Both the position numbers and the translations under genes were made by a program. The notes under the pieces were generated by a model that was not told the origin of the DNA, did no database searches, and saw only the letters and a list, made by a program, of their open reading frames with translations. Positions 17,511 through 27,002 of a stretch of 64,000 nucleotides of DNA are shown piece by piece. Location of the stretch: positions 14,838-78,837 of the forward strand of contig CAZWVF010000003.1 in assembly GCA_964637695.1 (NCBI GenBank), in the 5' to 3' direction. This DNA is from an uncultured Gemmatimonadota bacterium (GTDB lineage Bacteria; Blakebacterota; Blakebacteria; Blakebacterales; Blakebacteraceae). The stretch's first letter is position 1; each line of letters begins with the position of its first letter.

Positions 17511-17786
17511 TTACCAGGAGTGCTCGATTGCACCAGGTTCACAGGCCGCCGTGCAGGGCAGGGGAGGCTGCGAGCCGACCGGTTTGCATTCGGCGCACGA
17601 GTACTTGATCTTTTTCCTGTGTTCATCCGTGACGGCTGCCACGACATCGTCGTAATCGTCGGTAATCATTTCCAGTACCCCCGCCGGGCACGCAGCAACG
17701 CAATCATTACAGGATGTGCACAGGTTGCTGTCGATCGTGATGAAGAATTCTCCGGAGCCGTCCTTGTAACCATAGTTTGCTCTCAT
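17511..17786 (-). CDS. 2[4Fe-4S] ferredoxin, Alvin/Thauera Fdx type (probable electron donor to benzoyl-CoA reductase)
   Basis: CTSCNDCVAACP and CAECKPVGSQPPLPCTAACEP. The second cluster has the extended Cx2Cx8Cx3C spacing seen in the Allochromatium/Thauera benzoyl-CoA-reductase ferredoxin. The start overlaps the stop of the upstream ATPase gene (ATGA). Confidence 0.8.
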   Translation of the reverse strand: MRANYGYKDGSGEFFITIDSNLCTSCNDCVAACPAGVLEMITDDYDDVVAAVTDEHRKKIKYSCAECKPVGSQPPLPCTAACEPGAIEHSW

Positions 17787-18658
17787 GACCTTACTTTTCC
17801 TTCTTTCTCGGCCAGAGCCCTGGCAAAGAGAGCACCTCCCAGAGCACCGGCGATCTGGGTGTCATGTTTCGGCTCGAGTGCCTCCACACCCATTTGTTTT
17901 GTCAGTCGCCTGACGACTCCGGCGTTCTTGGCGATGCCTCCGGTTATCGCGAAATCTTCCTCCACACCTATCCGTTCGAGAAGGGCGAAGACACGATCGG
18001 CCATGGCGGAACAGTACGCAGCCAGTACATCGTTCTTGGGCCATCCCTGACGCAGCAGACCGGTTGCCTCCGATTTGGCGAATATTACACATGTACTGCT
18101 TACAGGCTCCGGTTCCTCATCTATATCGAAGCTCAGATCCCCTATCTCCTCGATCGAGATCTCGAGCAGGTCGGCGAACACTTCCATGCCGCGTCCCGTT
18201 CCGGCGGCACATTTGTCGTTCATCAGGAACTCCTGGACCTTCCCCTTCTCGTCGATCCGGATCGCCTTGCAGTCCTGGCCGCCCATATCCAGAATCGTCC
18301 TCACGGCAGGGCCGTACATGTAGTTCGCACCTCGTCCGTGACAGGCGATCTCTGTAATTGCCCGGTCAGCAAAAGGTACGTTCACGCGCCCGTAGCCGGT
18401 ACCCACTACGTAATTGAGGTCATCCAGGGTCATTCCGGTGTCTTCAAAGGCCCAGTTCATGGCATTCTGTGCACTCTCGGGGCTGTCTGAACCGGTCCGC
18501 ATGTTGCTGTAGGCGAAGAGTTCTCCATCGGTCATTATCACCGCCTGCGAACTGACCGATCCGACGTCGACTCCGGCCGATATCACACCGGCCTGTTGCC
18601 AGTCTCTGTCAGGATCTCTCCAGTTGTATTCTTTCCAGCGCCAGTACTCGGTCGTCAT
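17783..18658 (-). CDS. class I benzoyl-CoA reductase ATPase subunit (BcrA/BzdQ/BadF-like, 291 aa)
   Basis: AGVDVGSVSSQAVIM, NDKCAAGTGRGME, TCVIFAKSEATGL, IAGALGGALFA are activase-fold motifs with the Cys pair. Its start overlaps the upstream gene's stop by 4 nt. Confidence 0.8.
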   Translation of the reverse strand: MTTEYWRWKEYNWRDPDRDWQQAGVISAGVDVGSVSSQAVIMTDGELFAYSNMRTGSDSPESAQNAMNWAFEDTGMTLDDLNYVVGTGYGRVNVPFADRAITEIACHGRGANYMYGPAVRTILDMGGQDCKAIRIDEKGKVQEFLMNDKCAAGTGRGMEVFADLLEISIEEIGDLSFDIDEEPEPVSSTCVIFAKSEATGLLRQGWPKNDVLAAYCSAMADRVFALLERIGVEEDFAITGGIAKNAGVVRRLTKQMGVEALEPKHDTQIAGALGGALFARALAEKEGKVRS

Positions 18659-19455
18659 GACTGCTCACCCCTTTCGCTGTCTGCTGCGGCCCTTTCGGCT
18701 GCCACCAGGGCGGCACCTATGGCTGCTGTGTACTCCGGATCGGGTGGTATCAGCAGTTCTGTCTCCAGGTCGCGGCCGAGTGAATCTATGAAGCCGACGT
18801 TGTAGGCCAGACCACCAACCAGAGCCACTGCCGGTTCTATTCCGACCCGCCGGACCATTGAGCTTATCCGGCTGGCTATGGCATCGTGGACAGCGCGGGC
18901 GATGTCTTCCTTCGGGGTCTTTGCATGAACCAGGCTCACCACTTCCGACTCGGCGAACACAGCACACTGGGCATTCATCGGGATCTCTCGATCCGACCTC
19001 AGAGAGAGAGCTCCGAACTCTTCCAGCGGAACTTCCAGGGCGCGGGCCATCGACTCGGTGAAGGAGCCGGCTCCGGCCGCGCATTTTTCGTTTACGACGA
19101 AGTCGAGTACCTTGCCCCCCTCATCGCATCTGACACCGCGACCCTCTTCGGCACCCACGTCAATAACGGTCCGCACGTTGTCGAAGAAGAAGTGTGCTCC
19201 CCTGGCTGCCGCCCCGACCTCCGTAATGTCGTCACGGGCCATGGGGACATCTTTCCGGCCTGCTCCAGTAGAAGTGATGTTCGGGATTTCGCTGTAATCG
19301 AGGTCGGCTGTCTGTGATGCCTGTTTCAATGCCTCCTGAAGTGCACCCTCCGTGTCGAGCCCTGCCGTAACCAGCGACTTGCTGATAATCTCTCCGTCGC
19401 GGAGGAATACCACCTTGACATTCTTGGCACCCATGTCCACACCAATTGAAATCAT
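18655..19455 (-). CDS. class I benzoyl-CoA reductase ATPase subunit (BcrD/BzdP/BadG-like, 266 aa)
   Basis: MISIGVDMGAKNVKVVFL, NEKCAAGAGSFTE, QCAVFAESEVVSL, TAAIGAALVAA. AAGGGAG RBS 9 nt before ATG. Confidence 0.8.
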   Translation of the reverse strand: MISIGVDMGAKNVKVVFLRDGEIISKSLVTAGLDTEGALQEALKQASQTADLDYSEIPNITSTGAGRKDVPMARDDITEVGAAARGAHFFFDNVRTVIDVGAEEGRGVRCDEGGKVLDFVVNEKCAAGAGSFTESMARALEVPLEEFGALSLRSDREIPMNAQCAVFAESEVVSLVHAKTPKEDIARAVHDAIASRISSMVRRVGIEPAVALVGGLAYNVGFIDSLGRDLETELLIPPDPEYTAAIGAALVAAERAAADSERGEQS

Positions 19456-19479
19456 GAATGTAAACTCCCTTGTTCTTTA

Positions 19480-20790
19480 TCAGGCCATGGCCCGGCTCAG
19501 ATCGAGCGTCTCCATGAATGCATCGATCCGGGTCATGGTTCTGGCTTCATCGAATTCCCGCTCATCACCCATGTTTCCCTCGAATGTCATGACAGGGTAT
19601 CCTGCTTCCTGCAGGGCCAGCCTGTTCTCGGCTATTCCCACCGAAAGGCCTTCGCAGCCGCGGTTGTAATGCAGCATTACACCTTCGAGCTGCCACTCCC
19701 TGGCGATACGGATCATCATCTCGTTCTTGTAGCGGGGAGAATAGAAGTGCTGCCACTCCGGTTTGCTCAGGTTCCAGTCGGCCAGAACGCGCAGGGCCTG
19801 CTCGCGCGTTTCCAGCTTGATCCCCAGTTGTTCGGGAGTGGTCCGCGGGCCCCAGCTGCCGTCGGGTTTGACCTCCCAGATACCTATCAGGCCGAAAGTG
19901 TATAGTGAACCCACAGAAACCACTCCGAATTCCTCCAGATAGCGGAAAATCTTGAGGAAGCCCCAGGGAGGCTGTGTATCGGAGATCAGGCGGCACCTCT
20001 CGTTGGCTACCGCTGCAATTCCATTATCTACCCGATCCTGTACCTCGTCGCGGAGTTCCTCGTAGAAGTCAGCCACCGATCCGGCGTGCTTCTCAAGCGT
20101 GCCCAGCACGTAGAGAGAGTACATGGTCTTTTCATCCAGAGGAGCTGGTATCGCCTTGTTGAGGGTGCAGATCTCGGCCCAGAGGGAGGTACTGCGGCAC
20201 TCATTATTTACCGCCTCGATGAGCAGGTCGTCGTTATACTCACGACCCGTTACTTTTTCCATCCACTCGATACCATCCATCATCTGGCCCACCACGTAAT
20301 CGAGCCCATTGTCGTCCAGCTCTTCGTATGGACCGCATCCAACATCGATGCAGAAGCTGGGGATATCGGGCTCCATGTCGGTGACCACCTGGTACCATTT
20401 TGCATGGCTGCAGCAGATGTGATCCTGCCAGATGAAATCGGGTTTGGGGAATTTGCCTCCGAATGCATACTCGTCGAGCAGGATCGAACCCCAGTAGTTT
20501 CGCATGTAGGAACAGAGGTCACGGGCATAACCCGCCTTTTCAACCGCTTCCAGACATCGTGTGGAAAACTCCCTGTTAAATGCGATAGAGGCTCCGTAGG
20601 GCTCCGATGTTATCGACCTGACATCAGTTCCCAAACCGGCAGGGATGGCGTCGAATGACCATGCACCTCCAGCCCAGCGGATGGCTCCTTTTCCGTGGGC
20701 ATCTGCATAGTCGGTGTAGTATTCCTGCCTCAGTTCCTTTGCTTTATTCCAGCATTCCAGGGGCCTGGTGGGGTACTTTGCATCGGCCAT
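19480..20790 (-). CDS. class I benzoyl-CoA reductase catalytic subunit (BcrB/BzdO/BadE-like, 436 aa)
   Basis: 436 aa, HgdA/BcrB-family. AAGGAG RBS 6 nt before the ATG at 20790. Size and gene order match the BzdO/BcrB position. Confidence 0.8.
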   Translation of the reverse strand: MADAKYPTRPLECWNKAKELRQEYYTDYADAHGKGAIRWAGGAWSFDAIPAGLGTDVRSITSEPYGASIAFNREFSTRCLEAVEKAGYARDLCSYMRNYWGSILLDEYAFGGKFPKPDFIWQDHICCSHAKWYQVVTDMEPDIPSFCIDVGCGPYEELDDNGLDYVVGQMMDGIEWMEKVTGREYNDDLLIEAVNNECRSTSLWAEICTLNKAIPAPLDEKTMYSLYVLGTLEKHAGSVADFYEELRDEVQDRVDNGIAAVANERCRLISDTQPPWGFLKIFRYLEEFGVVSVGSLYTFGLIGIWEVKPDGSWGPRTTPEQLGIKLETREQALRVLADWNLSKPEWQHFYSPRYKNEMMIRIAREWQLEGVMLHYNRGCEGLSVGIAENRLALQEAGYPVMTFEGNMGDEREFDEARTMTRIDAFMETLDLSRAMA

Positions 20791-20832
20791 CTCATGCTCC
20801 TTTAACCCGATCTTTAAGAGAATCCGGGTGAA

Positions 20833-21960
20833 TTAGAAAAGGTCCTCGTCGCTCAGCATCTCCAGGAACGCCTCCACACGGACCCTGAACTGTCCGAGCG
20901 GCACCGTGACATCGAATTCCAGGAAGAGTGTTTTTATTCCGGCCTCATGGAAGGCTTTCTGAAGTGCGGGGATATCCAGCTCATGCGGATCGCAGAACTT
21001 CTGCTGTATCAGGATTGCCCCGCTTGCATCGTAGTCCTTTGCAAGCTCAAGCACATGCGGAATACGGGTACGTACCGGCCAGTCTTTCGAGGGACAGGCG
21101 GGACGCTCAACGTAACGGCGGGCTATCGACTCGAGCGGATCTCCGCCGTTCGATTCTGCTTCATTCCAGAAATACCGCGTCCCGGTGCAGTGATCGTCGA
21201 TAACAACTGTCGCTCCTACCGACTCAACCATCTCGACGAAATCGGTATCGTCATCTTCGCTGCCGACCAGCATAAGACGTACTCCGGTGGAACGGCCGGT
21301 CGAGTGATCCTTCAACCGGGGGAGAACCCTCTCCATCTCCCGGTTGTGGTCCTCTTTCGCAGTGGTCTGGCTGGAAACGGTCAGGTACATGGCCTCCAAC
21401 CCGGTCAGTGGAGGATTCTCCTGTTGACGCAGGTCGTAGATTTCTTTCTGATGCCGGCGATTCCGGTTCATCAGTTTGATTCCGCCATTCAGCTTTTCAT
21501 CTGAAATCGGTTCACCCGACCACTCCTCCAGGGAACTCTTGAATTTCTCCAGTTCGCCCCTCAGGAATGGTACGGCTCGCTGGCTCTGCACATGATTGGG
21601 CATCGGCAGGTAGTAGCTGAAATCGATCGGAATGTGCATCTCCCAGCTAGAGAATGCCTGCCTGATGTGCAGGCACGACTGGGCTATCATGATGCCATCC
21701 AGGTAATCGAACCGGCCCTTCAATCCCTGTGCAAGGCAATCGCGGCAGAAGGGGCAGAACATGCCGAAGATATGGGGCTCGGTTAAGTCCTGAGGTTCAT
21801 GACTTCCCAGAATCCGCACCGGGAGGATATCGGCGGCACAGAGGATCTCTTCCGGAACGTATGTACAGAAGTATCCCATCACTTTTCCGCCTGTTTCCTC
21901 TTTCCAGTTCTGTGCGTAGGAATGGCGGTTTTCGGCCCATTTCTGGAACTGCTGCATCAT
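20833..21960 (-). CDS. class I benzoyl-CoA reductase catalytic subunit (BcrC/BzdN/BadD-like, ~375 aa)
   Basis: MMQQFQKWAENRHSYAQNWKEETGGKVMGYFCTYVPEEILCAADILPV is an HgdB/BcrC-family N-terminus. GGAGG RBS 8 nt before the ATG at 21960. The track start at 21978 uses a TTG with no RBS. Confidence 0.75.
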   Translation of the reverse strand: MMQQFQKWAENRHSYAQNWKEETGGKVMGYFCTYVPEEILCAADILPVRILGSHEPQDLTEPHIFGMFCPFCRDCLAQGLKGRFDYLDGIMIAQSCLHIRQAFSSWEMHIPIDFSYYLPMPNHVQSQRAVPFLRGELEKFKSSLEEWSGEPISDEKLNGGIKLMNRNRRHQKEIYDLRQQENPPLTGLEAMYLTVSSQTTAKEDHNREMERVLPRLKDHSTGRSTGVRLMLVGSEDDDTDFVEMVESVGATVVIDDHCTGTRYFWNEAESNGGDPLESIARRYVERPACPSKDWPVRTRIPHVLELAKDYDASGAILIQQKFCDPHELDIPALQKAFHEAGIKTLFLEFDVTVPLGQFRVRVEAFLEMLSDEDLF

Positions 21961-22007
21961 ATTTACTTCCTCCCGCAATTCGTGTGCAGCGCTTGCTACA
22001 ATATACT

Positions 22008-22027
22008 CGTTCGAACGTTCGTTCGAA
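22008..22027. promoter_or_regulatory. candidate operator CGTTCGAACGTTCGTTCGAA (overlapping palindromes CGTTCGAACG and CGAACGTTCG) in the promoter of the minus-strand benzoyl-CoA reductase operon
   Basis: It shares the 15-mer TTCGAACGTTCGTTC with the site at 862-876. It lies ~50 bp upstream of the ATG at 21960 (minus strand). Confidence 0.5.
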
Positions 22028-22405
22028 TATTAATTCTAGGCGTGTGGTAAGACAGAGTCAAGGCGGTTTGGCCATAATTCTACACTTCAGACACTGAACA
22101 TCGGTACCTATCCCTCGTTAAAATTCCACCCTGCTTGATAATGGAAATCCATGAATCTCCATGATCGCTCACAATCTAAAAGTCGCAGATTGGTGGCGGG
22201 GGTCCGCTACGTTTTATACCGTCAAAACGCTACTGAAACCTCTAGCAAGTACTCCTCATTTGCCACAAACGCTTATTCTATGCAGTCGAATGGAATATTG
22301 GCGAGGGACAGGGTAAATAGGAGCTTGAAACAGAAGATGTAGAATACGTGTAACTTGTTATGATTCAAAGAGGACGGAATTTTTCGGGGGGACAGATTGT
22401 GCACA

Positions 22406-22440
22406 TTGACATATTGTCCATTATTCTGTACGTTATACTA
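22406..22440 (+). promoter_or_regulatory. possible sigma70-type promoter for hipBA (TTGACA-N17-TACGTT, or TATACT further downstream) in an AT-rich gap
   Basis: TTGACA at 22406-22411, a 17-nt spacer, TACGTT at 22429-22434 and TATACT at 22435-22440. hipB starts at 22468/22480. Confidence 0.3.
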
Positions 22441-22467
22441 TGTAGCGGTTAATAAAATGAACAATAA

Positions 22468-22836
22468 ATGAGAATAATTATGAAACGTTCAGCCTCAGCG
22501 ATACCGATCCCGATCAGGCGAGCCTTGCGCAAGTTTGGTCAGGATATCCGTGACGCAAGATTGCGACGACGAATTCCGGTAGTCGTCATGGCCGAAAGGG
22601 CGTCAATCAGCCGCACTACGCTGAACAAGCTGGAAAAAGGCGAACCGGGCGTCTCGATTGGCAGCTATGCCACCGTGCTTTTCGTATTGGGTATGGCCGA
22701 AAGGCTCAGCGATCTGGCGGATGTGAAGAGCGATATAGTGGGGCTTGAACTGGAAGAGGAGCGTTTGCCCAAGCGTATCCGGAAATCAGGCCGGCGGAAA
22801 TCGGTTCAGCCTGACCTGAAAATAAAAAAAGTGTAA
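22468..22836 (+). CDS. hipB: XRE-family HTH regulator, HipB-like antitoxin
   Basis: SISRTTLNKLEKGEPGVSIGSYATVLFVLGM is a Cro/C1-type HTH. It lies immediately upstream of hipA. Start at 22468 or at the M at 22480. Confidence 0.7.
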   Translation: MRIIMKRSASAIPIPIRRALRKFGQDIRDARLRRRIPVVVMAERASISRTTLNKLEKGEPGVSIGSYATVLFVLGMAERLSDLADVKSDIVGLELEEERLPKRIRKSGRRKSVQPDLKIKKV

Positions 22837-22841
22837 AAGCA

Positions 22842-24074
22842 ATGGATACCGAAGTTCTTGTCTATGTTGATGTTGACGGCGCTTCGTACCTCACGGGACG
22901 GCTATGGGCACGAGTACGTAAGAACCGTCAAAGCGCCACATTTGAGTATGAACAAACATGGCTTGAGTATAAAGACCACTTCTCCCTGGAGCCGGCTTTA
23001 AAACTGGGTTCCGGTCCCTATCACACGGCAGGGGATAAACCTTTGTTTGGCGCAATCGGCGATTCCGCGCCCGATCGCTGGGGCAGGATGCTCATGCGCC
23101 GGGCCAAACGTCGGAGCGCAGAACGTGCAGGCGAGACGCCACGCACTTTGATGGAAATTGACTATCTGCTGATGGTCGATGACGAAGTGCGGCAGGGCGC
23201 ATTGCGATTTGCGACCACGGAGGGTGGACCATTTCTTTCCGCACGTGATGCTGCCCCCATTCCACCATTGATTGACCTGCCAAAGCTGTTATCGGCTGCC
23301 GACCATGTGGTCAGCGATTCTGACAGTGATGAAGATTTGCACCTGTTGCTTGCGCCTGGCTCATCATTGGGTGGTGCCCGTCCCAAGGCTTCTGTCCGGG
23401 ACAGGGACGGGGCGTTGGCGATTGTCAAGTTTCCGCACCGAGGTGATGAAATCGACACTGTGAGATGGGAGGCAGTCGCGTTGACGCTTGCTGCAAATGC
23501 AGGTCTTTCGGTGCCGAAATGGCGATTGGAGAATGTTGTCGATAAGCCGGTCCTTCTCTTGCGACGCTTCGATCGCATGGACGGCATGCGCATCCCCTTT
23601 CTGTCAGCCATGAGTATGCTTGGTGCCACAGATAACGAGGCTCGCAGCTATCTCGAATTCGTGGATGCCCTGCGTCAGCACGGGGCAGCTCCGAAAGAAG
23701 ACATGCACGCCCTGTGGCGGCGTATCGTCTTCAGCATCCTGATTTCCAATACGGACGACCACCTGCGCAATCACGGCTTTCTTTATGAAGGCCCCGATGG
23801 ATGGCGGTTGGCTCCGGCATATGACCTTAATCCTGTGCCTGTGGACATCAAACCACGCATCCTGACGACAGCGATCAATCTTGATGACGGTACAGCATCG
23901 GTTGATCTGGCGATGAGTGTTGCCGAGTATTTTGAACTCACGACTGATAAAGCGCGCAGCATAGTATCTGAGGTCGAAAGTGCAGTGGCCCAATGGCGAG
24001 AGACTGCAACAGGCTTGGGCTTTCGTGCCGGCGAAATCGACCGCATGGCATCAGCCTTCGAGTATCAATCATAA
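22842..24074 (+). CDS. hipA: HipA-family serine/threonine kinase toxin
   Basis: The HipA N-terminal coupling domain and the C-terminal kinase motifs LAPGSSLGGARPKASV and ISNTDDHLRNHGFLY...LAPAYDLNP are present. Gene order is hipB-hipA. Confidence 0.85.
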   Translation: MDTEVLVYVDVDGASYLTGRLWARVRKNRQSATFEYEQTWLEYKDHFSLEPALKLGSGPYHTAGDKPLFGAIGDSAPDRWGRMLMRRAKRRSAERAGETPRTLMEIDYLLMVDDEVRQGALRFATTEGGPFLSARDAAPIPPLIDLPKLLSAADHVVSDSDSDEDLHLLLAPGSSLGGARPKASVRDRDGALAIVKFPHRGDEIDTVRWEAVALTLAANAGLSVPKWRLENVVDKPVLLLRRFDRMDGMRIPFLSAMSMLGATDNEARSYLEFVDALRQHGAAPKEDMHALWRRIVFSILISNTDDHLRNHGFLYEGPDGWRLAPAYDLNPVPVDIKPRILTTAINLDDGTASVDLAMSVAEYFELTTDKARSIVSEVESAVAQWRETATGLGFRAGEIDRMASAFEYQS

Positions 24075-24128
24075 TATGGATTACTACGGATTTATTATTC
24101 AGGGCACCATCCAACAAGGCCGGTTGAA

Positions 24129-25136
24129 ATGATCCGTTTTGGTGTTGTCGGCTTCGGGCTTCATGCCCAAAAGAGATTGATGCCTGGCTTTCTGCAGTCT
24201 GAGAAGTGCACAGTGTCTGCACTATCCCGCCGCAATCCCGAGAAAGCGATACAGTCAGCTGAAGAATACGGTATCCCTCGCGCATTCAGTTCGACAGAGG
24301 AGCTGTGCAGTTCAGAAGAGGTGGATGCCGTATTCGTAACTTCTCCTGATGCACTCCACTATTTCGATGTGCTCTGTGCAATTGAGCATGGCAAGCCAGT
24401 GCTTTGCGAAAAGCCTATGGCCATGAACGGCAGAGAAGCAGCCGAAATGGTGACTGCTGCAGAAGCTGCCGGAGTGCTTCTGGGTGTGGCTCATGTGTTC
24501 CGTTTTGAGCAGAGCACCCGACGGTTCAGGGAGCGGATCGCCGCCGGAGATATAGGCAGACCTGTTCTGGCCAGGGCTGAATTCTGTTACTCCGTAGCCG
24601 GGCACGGACGCAAGTGGATTAATGATCCCGAGCTGGCTTGCGGTGGGCCGATCGCCGATGTGGGAGTTCACTGCCTCGACGCACTGCGGTTCGTGCTTCA
24701 GGATGAAGTGGTATCCGTTCAGACAGAGGCGGTCACAGATGAAGCTTCCAGGCCATTCGAATCGGCGGCAGTCATTTCACTGGCCTTCGGGAGCGGAGCG
24801 ATCGGTGCTGTATCTGTATCCACGAGGTCAGATTACCGTACCGTTCTGGAAGTGATCGGTGAAGAGGGCACCCTGACCGCCTGTGACGGGCTGAATGTTG
24901 AACGACCTCTGGTAATCGAGTTCAGCAGAGGAACCGGTTCGGGGGATGCGGAATATGAAGAAATGACCAATCTGGATGCATACTCAAAACAGGTGGATGC
25001 CTTTGCAGCAGCTATAGAGTCGGAAACGGTATTTGAAGTTCCCGGAAGGGAGGGCCTGATCAACCAGCTCATTCTGGATGCAGCTTATTCGAGCTGGAAA
25101 TCGGGACAGAGAGAAAGCATAGAAATCCCCGATTAA
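24129..25136 (+). CDS. Gfo/Idh/MocA-family NAD(P)-dependent oxidoreductase
   Basis: MIRFGVVGFGLHAQKRLMPGF...VDAVFVTSPDALHYFDVLCAIEHGKPVLCEKPMA is the N-terminal Rossmann domain plus the EKP motif. Confidence 0.8.
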   Translation: MIRFGVVGFGLHAQKRLMPGFLQSEKCTVSALSRRNPEKAIQSAEEYGIPRAFSSTEELCSSEEVDAVFVTSPDALHYFDVLCAIEHGKPVLCEKPMAMNGREAAEMVTAAEAAGVLLGVAHVFRFEQSTRRFRERIAAGDIGRPVLARAEFCYSVAGHGRKWINDPELACGGPIADVGVHCLDALRFVLQDEVVSVQTEAVTDEASRPFESAAVISLAFGSGAIGAVSVSTRSDYRTVLEVIGEEGTLTACDGLNVERPLVIEFSRGTGSGDAEYEEMTNLDAYSKQVDAFAAAIESETVFEVPGREGLINQLILDAAYSSWKSGQRESIEIPD

Positions 25137-25351
25137 ACTCTTCTGATGATCGGAATCCCGCCCAGCGCATGCGGAGCCGGGGCAAAGCCCACTGCAGGAA
25201 ATCTACACAATCGATATCATTCATACGACAGCTTCACAGATCGTTCACCGAAACCTCTTTACTGGACTTGAAGAGCAATACAATAAACAATAGCAGGATA
25301 GTGTGGATCGATGGAGGCGATATTTGAATCTGAAGCTGGAGGGAGCAGCAG

Positions 25352-26947
25352 ATGAGCTTCAAATGGACCATGAGCCGAAGAGAAGCGATGAGTCTGGTGG
25401 CACGTGCCGGAGCAGGGGCTGCAATAGCTGGAACCCTGCCCACAATATCGGGATGTGCACAGTTGGGTGGCGGCAGGCGTCCGAACATTCTGTTCATCTT
25501 CTCCGATGATCACGCCACGCATGCGATCAGCGCCTGCGGCTCCAGGATCAATACCACTCCCAGTATCGATCGGATCGCAGAAGAGGGAGCGGTCTTCGAC
25601 AACAGCTTCTGTACCAACTCGATCTGTGCCCCCAGCCGGGCGGTGATTCTGACGGGCAAGTACAGTCATCTGAATGGAAAGCTCGACAACAGAGGCACAT
25701 TCGATATGTCGCAGCAGACATTCAGCAAGCTGATGCAGCAGGCCGGGTACCAGACCGCCATGATCGGGAAATGGCACCTGCGGGCCGAACCGGAGGGCTT
25801 CGATTACTGGAATGTACTCCCCGGGCAGGGTGCATACTACAATCCCGATTTCCTGACACCGGAAGGGAGAACGCGGCATACCGGCTATGTGACCGATATC
25901 ATCACCGATTTCACACTCGACTGGCTGCAGAATGGCAGGGACTCCGAAAAGCCCTTTATGGCCATGTGCCAGCACAAGGCCCCGCACAGGCAATGGATGC
26001 CCGGACCCGACCACCTCACGATGTACGAAGGAGTCAAGATCCCGGAACCGGAGACTCTCTTCGACGACTACTCCAACAGGGCCACTCCGGCTGCAAATCA
26101 GGAGATGACGATAGCCGGTCATTTCCGTCTCCTGCAGGATCTGAAGATCTCGGCGGCACCGGGGGAGCTTTCCGGTGATCAGAATCCATGGGGAACCCTG
26201 CTCAACAGGCTGAATGATGAGCAGAGAGAACGCTGGATAGCAGCGTATCAACCCAGGAACGAATGGTTTCATAGCGCGGGACTGGAGGGCCGGGCGCTGG
26301 TGAGCTACTACTATCAGCGGTACATGAAGGATTACCTCCGCTGTATCGCCTCAGTGGACGATAACGTCGGCAGACTCCTCGACTATCTGGATGAGTCGGG
26401 ACTGGCCGGAAATACGATGGTGATCTACTGCTCAGACCAGGGCTTCTTCCTGGGCGATCACGGCTGGTTCGACAAGCGATGGATGTACGAAGAATCCCTG
26501 CGGATGCCCTTTATCGTGCGCTGGCCGGGTCAGATCAGACCTGGCGGCAGGATCCCTCATATGATCCAGAATGTCGATTATGCACCGACATTTCTGGATG
26601 CGGCCGGGATAGCCGTTCCGGAGGACATGCAGGGTGAGTCTCTGGTACCCCTGATGAGGGGGCGCAGGTCCATACCCTGGCGAAACAGCATCTACTATCA
26701 CTATTACGAGTTCCCCGCGGTCCATATGGTGGCAAAGCATTACGGCGTACGCACGGAACGCTACAAGCTTATCTACTACTATGAAACCGATGAGTGGGAA
26801 CTTTTCGATCTTGAGGAAGACCCGCAGGAACTCAACAGCGTCTACGGCGATTCTGATCGCAGTGCCATTACAGCCGAATTGAAAGCCGAGCTGAAACGCC
26901 TCCGTCTCTACTACAATGACACAACCGGCAGCGACTTCGATATGTAA
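25352..26947 (+). CDS. Tat-exported Cys-type sulfatase (arylsulfatase family)
   Basis: Twin-arginine signal [21 protein letters not shown]. Sulfatase signature [14 protein letters not shown]...[13 protein letters not shown] (C-x-P-x-R formylglycine motif). GGAGGG RBS 8 nt before ATG 25352. The minus-strand ORF 25259..26272 is an antisense shadow. Confidence 0.85.
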   Translation: MSFKWTMSRREAMSLVARAGAGAAIAGTLPTISGCAQLGGGRRPNILFIFSDDHATHAISACGSRINTTPSIDRIAEEGAVFDNSFCTNSICAPSRAVILTGKYSHLNGKLDNRGTFDMSQQTFSKLMQQAGYQTAMIGKWHLRAEPEGFDYWNVLPGQGAYYNPDFLTPEGRTRHTGYVTDIITDFTLDWLQNGRDSEKPFMAMCQHKAPHRQWMPGPDHLTMYEGVKIPEPETLFDDYSNRATPAANQEMTIAGHFRLLQDLKISAAPGELSGDQNPWGTLLNRLNDEQRERWIAAYQPRNEWFHSAGLEGRALVSYYYQRYMKDYLRCIASVDDNVGRLLDYLDESGLAGNTMVIYCSDQGFFLGDHGWFDKRWMYEESLRMPFIVRWPGQIRPGGRIPHMIQNVDYAPTFLDAAGIAVPEDMQGESLVPLMRGRRSIPWRNSIYYHYYEFPAVHMVAKHYGVRTERYKLIYYYETDEWELFDLEEDPQELNSVYGDSDRSAITAELKAELKRLRLYYNDTTGSDFDM

Positions 26948-27002
26948 GCCTGGAGACCAGCCCTCACTCGATTTCAGATGATTCTGTTGAGAGGAGCAGA
27001 GA

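Noticed and set aside
22151-22342. 63-aa ORF in the AT-rich gap upstream of hipB
   Set aside because: It has no RBS and no motif. It lies in a region better explained as divergent promoter DNA carrying the shared operator and the hipBA promoter.
25259-26272. 337-aa minus-strand ORF
   Set aside because: It is antisense to the sulfatase gene, which has strong family signatures. There is no RBS and the translation is Pro/Gly/Arg-rich.
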